Under the pieces are notes generated by a model. It was not told the origin of the DNA and did no database searches. It saw only the letters and a list, made by a program, of their open reading frames with translations. A program made the translations under genes and the position numbers. From assembly GCA_051294905.1 (NCBI GenBank), contig CM119378.1:372001-436000 (forward strand): DNA of 64,000 nt. Reading direction: 5' to 3'. The stretch is from Botryllus schlosseri. Its lineage: Eukaryota. Position 1 is the stretch's first letter, and every line of letters starts with the position of its first letter. Shown one piece after another: positions 36,721 through 48,722 of the stretch.

Positions 36721-38179
36721 GTAGTTCTGCCTTTGGGCCCGCAAGGGGGTGAATCTGATTTTTTGGTTTTATTGGTAAAATGTAGGCATTTGCATGTCTA
36801 TTTGCCGGAATAGGATCCTTTTTGTTGACCACCTCTAAATATTAAGAGCTGGCAACCGGTTTTGCTGGGAATTTCGAAATCTGGCAACTCATATTCCAGT
36901 TATTCCTAAATTTTATAGACCAAAAAAAATCATGTTGTCCATGTACATTCACAATGATTCACCTGGTCATGATATTTCTGCTGATGTGCTATTAGCATCA
37001 CAGTGGTCATAAACAACCCTACCCTACCCGGCCCCGTGGATATACTCAGCTATCGCAGCTATCGCAGCTCCCGCAGCTATCGCAGCTATCACTTGTGGAT
37101 ATACTCAGCTATCGCAGCTATCACCAAAAATCGCAGACATAGAGGTCATTTAAAGGTCACGTATCGTCTAGGGCGCAGCTATCAGCGCTGGAGCTTGTCT
37201 GGGATGAAATAGTGCGCAGCTATCATATCCGGAGCACGTCTGAGTTGAAATAGTGCGCAGCTATCAGATCCGGAGCAAGTCTGGGTTGAAATAGTGCGCA
37301 GCTATCAGATCTGGAGCAAGTCTGGGTTGAAATAGTGCGCAGCTATCAGCTCCGGAGCACGTCTGGGTTGAAATAGTGCGCAGCTATCAGTTCTGGAGCA
37401 CGTCCGGGTTGATTGAAGCACGCAGCTATCTGATCCGGAGCACGTCCAGGTTGAAATAGTGCGCAGCTATCAGATCCGGAGCAAGTCTGAGTTGAAATAG
37501 TGCGCAGCTATCAGCTTCGGAGCACGTCCAGGTTGAAATAGTGCGCAGCTATCAGATCTGGAGCACTTCCTGGTTGAAATAGTGCGCAGCTATCAGATCC
37601 GGAGCACGTCCAGGTTGAAATAGCGCGCAGCTATCAGATCCGGAGCAAGTCTGAGTTGAAGTAGTGCGCAGCTATCAGCTTCGGAGCACGTCCAGGTTGA
37701 AATAGCGCGCAGCTATCAGATCCGAAGCAAGTCCGGATGCAAATAGTGCGCAGCTATCATCTCCGGAGCACATGTGGACTCGAATTATGCGCAACTATCG
37801 GCTCCAGAGGTAGTCCGGGTTCAAATAGTGCGCAGCTATCAGATTCGGAGCACGTCTGAGTTAAAATAGTGCGCAGCTATCAGATCCGGAGCAAGGCTGA
37901 GTTGAAATAGAGCGCAGCTATCAGCTCAAGAGCACGTCCGGGTTGAAATACCGCGCAGCTATCACTACTGTGGATATATACTCAGCTATCGCAGCTATCA
38001 CCAAAAATCGCATATATACAGGTCATTTAAAGGTCACGTATCGTTTAGGGCGCAGCTATCAGATCCGGAGCAAGGCTGAGTTGAAATAGTGCGCAGATGT
38101 CAGATCCGGAGCACGTCCAGGTTGAAATAGTGCGTACCTATCAGATCCGGAGCAATTCTGAGTTGAAATAGTGCGCAGC

Positions 38180-38660
38180 CACCGAGTCAAGTCCGAGTCC
38201 AAGTCATCGAGCAGAGGTTCGAGTCCGAGTCATGGTATTATGACTCGAGTCCAAATCCAAGTGATTGTGTTGACTGCTCATTTTCCATTTAAAGTCATTT
38301 TAAACCCACTTTCTATAACCATGTTTGGTGATATCGAATGGTTCGCATTTATAATATACTAATTTTTCTCACTTTTAATAGTTTCTGGTCGCATTTTCAA
38401 GTATCATGCATATAAATTTGTTTTAACCTCTCTCTGTATTCGGTTCTATATTTATCACGTGTTTTATTAGCAGTTCTACGTGTGTGTAAGCGATACAACG
38501 CCTTTTTGCATGTATATTTAACTTCATATTGGTTATTTTGATTCAAGATAAATAGCAAATTAATCAGTCTTTCACACAGCTACCAAAATGTACTGACTTT
38601 GAATCATCTCTCATACTTCGAAAATTCAATTTGACTTGCTTGTGACTTGACTTGACTCGA
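38180..38660 (-). mobile_element. Partial GACTC-type MITE sequence in the centre of the MULE-like foldback
   Basis: caccgagtcaagtccgagtccaagtca.. matches the reverse of 46900-47120. Confidence 0.6.
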
Positions 38661-39624
38661 CTTAACTCAAGTCACCTCCAAAAATGTGTGACGGAATCGC
38701 ACAGGTGTTAGTCAATATTATAACAAATATGTATTTACAGCTGCATAATTATTCGTAAGCAGAGCTTTTAATACAAAGTAACGATTTTTTTTGATCCCGT
38801 GTGGATGTCAGAATATCTGTTCACCGCCCGTACACTGAAAATCACGAAGATTGTCCTGGCATGCCGTGTAATGAATGAATCTGAATCCGGAAGTGCTCCG
38901 GAGCTGATAGCTGCGCACTATTTCAACTCGGACTTGCTCCAGACCTGATAGCTGCGCACTATTTCAACCAGGACGTGCTCCAGAACTGATAGCTGCGCAC
39001 TATTTCAACCCTGACGTGCTCCGGAGCTGATAGCTGCGCACCATTTCAACTCGGACGTGCTCCAGATCTGATAGCTGCGCACTATTTCAACTCAGACTTG
39101 CTCCAAATCTGATAGCTGCGCATTACTTCAACTCAGACTTGCTCCAGATCTGATAGCTGCGCACTATTTCAACTCAGACTTGCTCCAGATCTGATAGCTG
39201 CGCACTATTTCAACCAGGACGTGCTCCAGAACTGATAGCTGCGCACTATTTCAACCCGGACGTGCTCCGGAGCTGATAGCTGCGCACTATTTCAACCCAG
39301 ACGAGCTCCAGAGCTGATAGCTGTGCCCTAAACGATACATGACCTTTAAATGACCTGTATGTCTGCGATTTTTGGTGATAGATGTGATAGCTGTGAAAGC
39401 TGAGTATATCCACAGTAGTGATAGTGATAGCTGCGCACTATTTCAACCCGGACGTACTCCGGAGCTGATAGCTGCGCACTATTTCAACCAGGAAGTGCTC
39501 CGGATCTGATAGCTGCGCACTATTTCAACTCAGACGTGCTCCGGATATGATAGCTGCGCACTATTTCATCCCAGACAAGCTCCAGCGCTGATAGCTGCGC
39601 CCTAGACGATACGTGACCTTTAAA

Positions 39625-41040
39625 TCATCATCATCATTGGTTTATTAGCAATTTTTATCAGTTCAATACACCACAAAAAATGCGATACAATGAATAGACA
39701 GGAAGATGTCGAAGCGACTTGGATTTGTCAATGGAATCGGACACCCACCTTGGCCTAGGCGTAGTAAAGAGGAGGCATGCACACTGAATGAAAGTAAAGA
39801 ATACAGTATAGAAAAAGAAAGCGACAAGAAATAGGGCGGCATGTCATTGGAAGCGAGATCGATAGGTCAGTCGTGGTCCGGTAATCTTGAGGATGGACTG
39901 TATTTATTTAGTAGTAATTGCTTGTATTTCGACTTGAATGTGGACATGCTCGTCGACTGTCGGATGGCCGGCGGGATACTGTTCCACACATCAGGTCCGG
40001 CATATTTGATGGAGCGATGATCTTTTCGGTCGATCATATGATATTTGGACGACGTGGACGCGCGTGTGTTGTACTTGTGCGCTTTTGATTCAGAGGTAAA
40101 GAAGTCATTGAAATATTCGGGGCAACGACCGCAGTGAAACTGATACATAAACTTGGCGATTTCTAGTTTCCGCATATCTTCTATGTTTAGGACGCCGAAT
40201 CTCTTCAGCAGCGACTTATTGGATGGGCAGCCAGGCCCCTTTGGGGCCCTAGCTATGATTCGGAGCACTTTATGCTGTAGTTTCTGCAGTGGCTTGAGTG
40301 CAGTTTTACTGGCAGCCCCCCAACAGAGGATGCCATAATGTAACTTCGATTGGATTAAGGATTTAAAGAGTATCAGGAGAACCCATGCTGGCATGAAGCG
40401 CCCAAGGCTGTAGAACAGGCCGCACTTCGGTGATAATTTAGTTTCTAGGGATTGAATATGACTCTTCCAGGACATGTTCGAGTCCAGTAAAACTCCGAGA
40501 TATTTGGCATTATCTGTGTTGGAAACGGGCTGACCAGCGATATTAACGGTTAGGTTATTTTTTGAATTGACTGTCAGCAATTGCGATTTCGAGGCGTTTA
40601 TGCAAAGGTTGTTCTGGGCCGTCCACTCATGGAATTTGGGCATTTGGTCACCAGTCAGGGCATCCAGCTCTGCCGTCGAAGATGCGGAAGAGAGGAGGTG
40701 AGTATCATCAGCGAACAGTGTGGTGTTCAATGAGGAGGTTTCAAAAATGTCGTTGACATATAAGGTGAAAAGGACCGGTCCAAGTACTGAGCCCTGGGGC
40801 ACACCACAGGTCACCGGGTGAGGAGAGGACAAGGTGTCTGAGATCGCAACCATTTGTTGGCGTCCAGTGAGGTAACTTTTCATGAGCTCAAGTTGTGGGC
40901 CCCGAAGTCCGTAACGCGCCAATTTCGAGATGAGAATTTTATGATCTACGCAGTCAAACGCTTTTTTTAGGTCGAGAAAAATGCTACATCCCACATTTCG
41001 CTTCTCTGAGATATCATAGTACTGTTCGGCCACTGTTAGA
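39625..41040 (-). mobile_element. 5'-truncated LINE family A (open RT C-half, 3' UTR, (GAT)n tail)
   Basis: ORF 41084-39867 is near-identical to the 10114-11601 region without the LTR insertion or frameshifts; DLKKAFD, GVPQGSVLGP, LFADD, YLGV. Confidence 0.95.
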
Positions 41041-41366
41041 GAGAGAGAGAGAGAGTCTTTATTTTTCATCGAACCAAAATACATAACAAACGGCAGTGAT
41101 GGTGGTACAGAAAATATGCGTACACAGTATTCGGTATTAGATAGGAATGATCGATAAGACCGTGAAGGTCATCTAGTCTGATCACACCAGCATCAAACAG
41201 GTACACTTGACTCTGAACAGTCTGGCTGTAAAGAAATGTTTAGTTAAAGGAAAATAGAAAAAAAATCAAACAATGGTGGCAAATGAGGGCATGAGCGGTT
41301 TGGTGTTTGTTTCGGAAGCCAAATTGTTGAGGGGAAATGACAGACATTTTGGCGAGGAATGAGGAC
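41041..41366 (-). mobile_element. LINE family B 3' UTR/(CT)n tail fused directly 5' of the family-A copy
   Basis: 41041-41285 is the reverse complement of ~4020-4264. Confidence 0.8.
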
Positions 41367-42374
41367 TGCGATTTTGGTGATAGCTGCGATAGCTGTGATA
41401 GCTGAGTATATCCACAAGTGATAGCTGCGGGAGCTGCGATAGCTGAGTATATCCACAGTAGTGATAGCTGCGCACTATTTCAACCCGGACGTACTCCGGA
41501 GCTGATAGCTGCGCATTATTTCCACTCAGACTTGCTCCGGATGTGATAGCTGCGCACTATTTCAACCTGGACGTGCTCCGGATCTGATAGCTGCGCACTA
41601 TTTCAACCCAGACGAGCTCCAGCGCTGATAGCTGCGCCCTAAACGATACATGACCTTTAAATGACCTGTATGTCTGCGATTTTTGGTGATAGATGTGATA
41701 GCTGAGTATATCCACAGTAGTGATAGTGATAGCTGCGCACTATTTCAACCCGGACGTACTCCGGAGCTGATAGCTGCGCACTATTTCAACCAGGAAGTGC
41801 TCCGGATCTGATAGCTGCGCACTATTTCAACTCAGACGTGCTCCGGATATGATAGCTGCGCACTATTTCATCCCAGACAAGCTCCAGCGCTGATAGCTGC
41901 GCCCTAGACGATACGTGACCTTTAAATGACCTCTATGTCTGCGATTTTTGGTGATAGCTGCGATAGCTGTGATAGCTGAGTATATCCACAAGTGATAGCT
42001 GCGATAGCTGCGATAGCTGCGGGAGCTGCGATAGCTGCGGGAGCTGCGATAGCTGCGATAGCTGAGTATATCCACGGGGCCACCCTACCCTGCTTCCCGT
42101 CAATCTCACGTCCTCCTTCCTGCCCATTCCTTTTTACGGAAATCATAGCGAATGCACAGTTGCCTCCATGGTGTGTTACGCATCAGTCAGTCGGTTCTAT
42201 ATTTATCAATATTTACATCGATAACTGAGAGACTGTCCTGGTTTGTCGTGATAGTTCTTCGTACGATATATTTTCCCATACACAGTTTATTCAAACATTT
42301 GCTAGTAGGTTTACTTGAATCTCGTCTCGAGTCGTCTAAACATTAGCTTATAAAGACTCGAGATCATTGCGATG

Positions 42375-43399
42375 CAGGGCTGTGGAGTCGGTAAATTTTA
42401 CCACCGATTCCGACTCCGACTCCACACATTTTCAATATACCGACTCCGACTACTGAGTCTTTAAACTTTAGTCGTCCGATAGGAGAGAACCGAATTAGGT
42501 AACATTGCAAACAAGACTTATATTAATACGCTCTAAAACTGATAACAATATGTCATGCAACTGTGCAGTGCGCAATCAGGCCCTTGTCGCGCGAAGCGCG
42601 AAATTGTTTTTTTTTTCAAGATAATGACTGAATTATATCAATTAATATGTTGCTAACATACATTGGGGGTCGCATCTGTATACCACTGGGCTCATTTGGC
42701 AAGGACAGGATTATTCGACGTTCAGACATAGCAAAATCGACGGTATCAGTGAACATAACTCTATCATTTTGTGCAAATGTTTTGTCGACGATCTCGCTGC
42801 GAGTGCACAATCGAAGCCGCATGTTGGACGCACGTTATCTCCAAATTGCGAATATAGATGGACTCAATTCTGTGAATAATATGTATTTATAATTTTCAGA
42901 AGGGGGATCAAATACTGAATGCAAGAAATCTAGTGACAATGAATCATGCGAAGTACCGAGAAAAATTTCAAGTCAAATATATCTGCTATGAAATATTCTA
43001 CTTTATGGTCATATACGAAGATCTGGGATAAATGTGGCTGGCCCCTGGATACGTCAATGCGTCAGAACTGTTGTTTTAGTCATCATAGAATTTCGCGGTC
43101 ATGCTAATCAAATTTTGGTTGGCCTTGCAATTGTACCTGCTGATGCCATAAATAATTTCGAGAATTACCTCGTAGGCCACACCTAACCTTCTCGTGTGCC
43201 AAATTTGGCCTGCGTGCCACGGACTGGCCGCACCAGATCTGTATGGTTATTAATAACGGTGATTGATGGTACATAAAAATTCTATTGAAATTTCTTTGAA
43301 AGCAAATGTTTTCATGATAGAGAAGTTGGAGTCGAAGTCGGAGTCGAAGTCAGGGGAATGGGGAATGACAAACTCCCGACTACCGACTCCACAGCCCTG
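42375..43399. mobile_element. hAT-type MITE with CCGACT subterminal motifs
   Basis: cagggctgtggagtcggta ... taccgactccacagccctg; TSD not evident. Confidence 0.7.
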
Positions 43400-43584
43400 G
43401 TTACACTCCCGCAGTAGGTAACCGAATACAATATGACATTATAGAGCAGTGGTTCTCAACCTTGTTCACCCCGCGGACCAGTAAAATTACAAAAGATATT
43501 AGGCGGACCGGTGGACCTTAAAAAAATTGAAATAACCCAAAATGTAATGTATGCAGCCGTTATCCTGCAAGTATGGTACTAGAA

Positions 43585-46038
43585 CAGGGGTGGCCAGCCG
43601 TTGTGCTATTCGTGGCCGCATTTCGATGACTGATATGATATTCCAGGAAATAGTCGTAACGAACTAACTGAACGCGAAATTCCCACGCTTAACTGAACAT
43701 GTCCATTTTTGGAGAATTCCGGGCTAATCTAGCATTTTATATCGTCTTACTGTACGCACCGAAATCGCTTCATAGTGGTCATGCAGGGCCGTAACAGCAC
43801 TTCGTCAGGCCCCCCCCCAAAACTTTGGTCTTGGGCCCCCCATAGTGTTACAGACCGAACGTCTGGGGGGCTTCGCCCCCCAGACCCCCCTCCGGCGATA
43901 CACTGTTTACCACTATTCCTCATTTTCATTGTGAGTTTCTTTAGTGAATCAACTTTGGTCGCCTAAGCGCGCGAAGCGCGCAAAATTTCTAGTATTCATG
44001 ATTTCATCGGTCAGTGTGATCGGGAATTGCATACATTGTTATCAATTTTTATCTTCACTCTGCTCACGTAATCAGATTTGCCGGTAGAGCTGAGTGAGGT
44101 GTGTTTGAAAAGGTAGGACCACTCAATAATAATTAAACATCTTCGGGCGTATACCCGTTGGCAGGAACAAAACAGCACCTCGTCAGGCCCCCAAAAACGT
44201 GGGTCTTGGGCTCCCATAGGGTGATAAAACGCCCCCCCCCCATCACGTTGTTCGCGTTTGTCACGAAATTACCCGTACTGTATTGTGAGCCAGCGCCAAG
44301 CGCGAAAATTTTCGATAATTTATGATAAAATCGGTCAATCAGATCGGCGACTGCATATATAATATGCTATCAATATATTGTCCTCTCTACTCACGTAATC
44401 AGATTTGCCGGTAGAGCTGAGTGAGGTGTGTTTGAAATGGTGGGACCACTCAATAATAATTAAACATCTTCGGGCGTATACCCGTTGGCAGGAACGAAAC
44501 AGCACCTCGTCAGGCCCCCAAGAACGTGGGTCTTGGGCTCCCATAGGGTGATAAAACGACCCCCCATCACGTTGTTCACGTTTGTCACGAAATTACCCGT
44601 ACTGTGTTGAGAGCCTGCGCCAAGCGCGAAAATGTTCGATAATTTATGATAAAATCGGTAAATCAGATCGGCGACTACATATATAATATGCTATCAATTT
44701 ATTGTCTTCTCTACTCACGTAATTAGATTTACCGGTAGAGCTGAGTGAAGTGTCTTGAAAACGGGAGGGCCCGTAAATAATGATTAAACATCTTCGGGCG
44801 GGTGGAAACGTTGATACGACTTCGTTACATGATGTTATTTCGTGACTTCCAGTCTGCTATATCAGAAAATATAGAACCGCCCAAACGTAGGCTTCTAAAC
44901 TAAGAGAAGCACACGATTTCAAATTGGTATTTCTTCACTGGCATAAAATTTTTCCCAGCGGGATGGTATTTGTCTTGTGAGGTTCAGATTGCAAAGACAG
45001 GAACATTCGGCGCCAGTCATTTAGGCGCCTATGGACAATTAAACCTATATGTATTTTGTATATATAGCGAAGTCTTTGATCTGCATAAGGGCATAGACCT
45101 TTTCGGCCAAGCTTTTCTCGCTGCCAATCGTTCTGGCACACTTCTTGGAGTCGCATGTTATATGGCCTAAAACTTGATTGTATGTCTTGATGGGTCGTGG
45201 CGCGGTAATGGCCCAATCCCCAATAAGAAAGATAAACGGGTACGTGAATTCGCGCGCAGCGCGAAAAAATTTTGAAAAAATTGCATAAATTTTCAAAAAA
45301 TACTCTATGATTTATGCTAATTCACGAAATAATTTTGGGCCCCTCATCGAGCTCGGGCCCCCCCAATTGGGGGGTTTGGGGTGCGGCAGTTACGGTGCTG
45401 TGGTCATGTTATGACTAACACCGGTAACGGCAATTGTCGCGCGAAGCGCGAAAACATTTTCCGATTCACGAATGAATTCCGTCAAATATTTATCCTTTCT
45501 TAATCAATGCGATCAGATTCATTGGTTGAGTTTGAGAGAGTGTTTTCGGAAATTAAGGGCAAAAATTAAGGGCAAGTTATAAATGATGATGCATCTTTGG
45601 GTGGGCCATTGTTATTATAGTAACTTTGTTGCGTGTTCTTTTTTATTGACCTCCCATCAGGATTGTCGGTATAGTGGAAAGATTTTGGAATCTCCCAAAC
45701 CTACCAGAAACAAATTTCTTCGTGAAGACCGCACGATTCCAAGTTTAGGTATTTCTATGCGGGCGGCGCATCATTTCCTCTGCTGTTCGCATCAGTGCTG
45801 TGGGGCTCAGATTGCAAAGGGCACTCACTATACGACTATATTAAAATCGAAAAATGAGGTCTCATTGATTCGCCGCTGGTGCGAAGAAAATTTCGAAAAT
45901 GATTAAAATATATCAAAAATTCGGGAGTCAATTCGTAAATTGAATTTTTCTGTCGACTACCGCCAACACATATTAATTGAATTACTTTTCCACGGCCGCG
46001 AAAAACTTCCTTCTACGGCCGCAGGTTGGCCCCCCCTG
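43585..46038. mobile_element. Nested hAT-like MITE (second level)
   Basis: caggggtggccagcc ... ggttggcccccccctg; TSD degenerate (tactagaa/tactgtga). Confidence 0.55.
43784..45400 (+). mobile_element. Nested hAT-type element (third level) with an internal ~324-bp tandem duplication
   Basis: cagggccgtaac ... gttacggtgctg; exact TSD tggtcatg; near-identical ORFs at 44011 and 44335 are 324 bp apart. Confidence 0.85.
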
Positions 46039-46613
46039 TACTGTGAAGAGTGACATTTTGAGGGTTATTTTGTTCGTAATTGAATATGTTTGGGATGGTA
46101 TTGATGTAATTTTACGGTAGTGTCTGCAGAGTGCTGAGTCGAGGTAAAATTGACTTGCCCAGATAAACATTTATAGGCTAATTTCGCGCCGATAGCCGTG
46201 AATTAACCGATCGCGCCAACTCGAATGATATTCTTCTCTTCGACATTATCCAAAGATGATGCGTTTTGGAGTAGGACTAAGCACATTGCCGAGCTATCTT
46301 GCTCATCCCCCATTACTACCAGACGTATAGCCTGTTATGAGTACAATGCGCCGTACGAAAACACCTGGCAACGAAGTGATAGGCCTACCTGGCTATCCAC
46401 AAAATTATTGAATTGAAAACGAATGATCGTACGAATTGCGTGGTTTTGCGAGTCGCTCGTATGTCGACACCGGAGACAGCTTGAACTTCAAAGTCAAATC
46501 GAACATGTTTCCTAGTCTAATCTTAACTCACGAAGTTCTGCATCAGCTGAAAATTCGACGTTTTATATATTTTACCAATGGACAAGCCTTCTTGGCTTGC
46601 ATAACGTATAAAA

Positions 46614-47210
46614 CAGGGTTGTAATGACTCGAGTCATGACTCGACTCGAGTCCGACTCGAGTCACGATTTTCAGATGACTCGACTTGACTCGAGTCATTT
46701 TCTCAAAATACGGAAATGACTCGACTCGACTCGAGTCAAATTCTGTATTGACTCGACTTGGACTCGAGTCATTGCGCATGACTTGAACCAAGTCATATGA
46801 CTCGAGACTCAGACAGCCAAGACCGACGTTTCATTGTAATTTCGAGGAATAGAAAGTAATCACACTATTTGGATTTCGTCTATTGGTACTATAGTACTGG
46901 AAAACGCGTCCAGAAACTGCTAAAAATGACGAAAATTAGTATATTATGAATGTGAACCATTCGATATCACCAAACAGAGTTATAAAAAGTTGATTTAACA
47001 AGCTTTTAACTAAAAACTGGGCCGTCAACACAATGACTTGGACTCGACTCGAGTCATAATACCATGACTCGGACTCGACCCTCTGCCTGGTGACTTGGAC
47101 TCGGACTTGACTCGGTGGTGAATTGAAAATGACTCGACTTGACTCGAGTCAAAACTATAAAACTGAGATTGACTTGTGACTCGGAGCCTCGTGACTTGGT
47201 TACAACCCTG
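46614..47210 (+). mobile_element. GACTC-rich hAT-type MITE
   Basis: cagggttgtaatgactcgag ... ggttacaaccctg; exact TSD gtataaaa. Confidence 0.92.
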
Positions 47211-47369
47211 GTATAAAATCCTAAACGTACCGGCAGAAGAGTCGTCGCGGACCGGCGGTTGAGAACCACTGTTATAGAGGACGTATAATGACATAACAAT
47301 GCCAGCGTCAAAGTTATCCAGATTTGCTGTAAGTTGATCAGGTTGTCAGCGTAATCAGAGCGTGTTAAT

Positions 47370-48722
47370 CAGTGTTGGGATCAAGTCACTGCCTTCGAGT
47401 CACGAGTCATCTCGAGTCATTGCACATTTTGACTCGAGTCAAGTCAAGTCAATCGATTTTCAAAGGTGACTCGAGTCAAGTCAAGTCAGTCGTTTTTTAG
47501 AGGTGACTCGAGTCAAGTCAAGTCAAGTCACAAGTCAAGTCACAATTCAAGTCAAATTGAATTTTCGAAGTATGAGTGATCATTCAAATTCATTATATTT
47601 TACTAGCTGTGTTAAAGAGATCAATTGGTCATTCATCTTGAATCAAATAACGAATATAAAGTTGAATATACATGCGAAAATGCGTTGTATCGCTCACGCA
47701 CAAGTAGAACTGCTAATAAAATACGTAAGTAACTGTATAGCTACATCAGGGGCGTGTCAAACATACGACCCGCCAAATGATTTCATTCAGCCCGCGAAGA
47801 AATTCTGAGTATATGTTCAAAATTGCGTGATTTTATCCAACACATTTCTCGAAGTTGTAGTAAGAAATACTACTATTAAATATTCCTTCAAGATAGCACA
47901 TTATAACTTCCCGACAGCGGAGTTGTAATTGTAGTCATCGTCAGGAGAAAATCGCTGACATTGACACCCAATTACGAGAATGCGGAAAAGTGCATATATT
48001 GACTTAAGAGTTAGTAATATTTTGGAATCATTTGACTGGTGCGGCCCGCGAGTGATCTGAATATTTGAATTCGACCCGCGACGTCAGTTGAGTTTGACAA
48101 CTCTGAGCTACATGCTACATTCTCTTATTATCAGCCAAAATATAGGATCGAATACGAAGCCTCGAGAAGATGAAAGAAATAGATATCGTACAATACACTA
48201 GCCATCTATACACATACGTGAGGATATAAATGCATAAAATATATTTGTTCGATTTAAATCATGCAAGATGGTTGGTAAAGGTGAGCGCCGTGCAATGTAA
48301 TGACAGAGCCGTCCAATAAACAGCGATACGTCGCTATTAAATTAATCTGCTACTACGACAACGCAAGCTGTGATCATTTCGTTTGCGGTCAGTGTATTTG
48401 TGATGTAACAATGTAAGATCAGTGAAACGTACCATCAGTGAATGACTGGTTGCTCTCACAAATTATTCCGTGGCGTACCATGTATCGTGAATAATACGAA
48501 CAAGCACAAAATACATTGATTTAGTCGACACCGCTAACTTGATGACTTGAAATTGACTCGTAAATTTTGCTCCAAGTCACGCGTCAATCCACATTTTTGA
48601 AGCGCCGAGTCAAGTCAAGTCAAGTCATTTTTGCAAAGTGACTCGAGTCAAGTCAAGTCATTCGAAAAAGTTGACTCGAGTCAGACTCGAGTCAAGTCAT
48701 GACTCGAGTCATCCCAACACTG
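47370..48722. mobile_element. hAT-type MITE with (CAAGT)n/GAGTC motifs
   Basis: cagtgttgggat ... atcccaacactg; exact TSD gtgttaat. Confidence 0.88.
47747..48105. mobile_element. Nested Charlie-like MITE
   Basis: caggggcgtgtcaaac ... gtttgacaactctg; exact TSD agctacat. Confidence 0.8.

Larger units (their letters stand above)
30411..37007. mobile_element. Giant foldback element: ~200-bp TIRs, 8-bp TSD, inverted arrays of a 192-bp repeat
   Basis: accactgtgatgctaatagcacatcagcag ... ctgctgatgtgctattagcatcacagtggt; TSD cataaaca on both sides. Confidence 0.85.
37030..42081. mobile_element. Mutator(MULE)-like foldback element with inverted 40-bp and 9-bp repeat arrays, 9-bp TSD
   Basis: ggccccgtggatatactcagctatcgc ... 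gcgatagctgagtatatccacggggcc; TSD accctaccc. Unit gttgaaatagtgcgcagctatcagatccggagcacgtc.. is forward at ~37200-38180 and reverse at ~38890-39600 and ~41460-41900. Confidence 0.85.
43447..47271. mobile_element. Charlie-like hAT MITE hosting nested insertions
   Basis: cagtggttctcaacc ... ggttgagaaccactg; exact TSD ttatagag. Confidence 0.85.

Noticed and set aside
37200..39600. CRISPR-like regularly spaced repeat
   Set aside because: The 40-bp units are contiguous with no unique spacers, there are no cas genes, and the context is eukaryotic.
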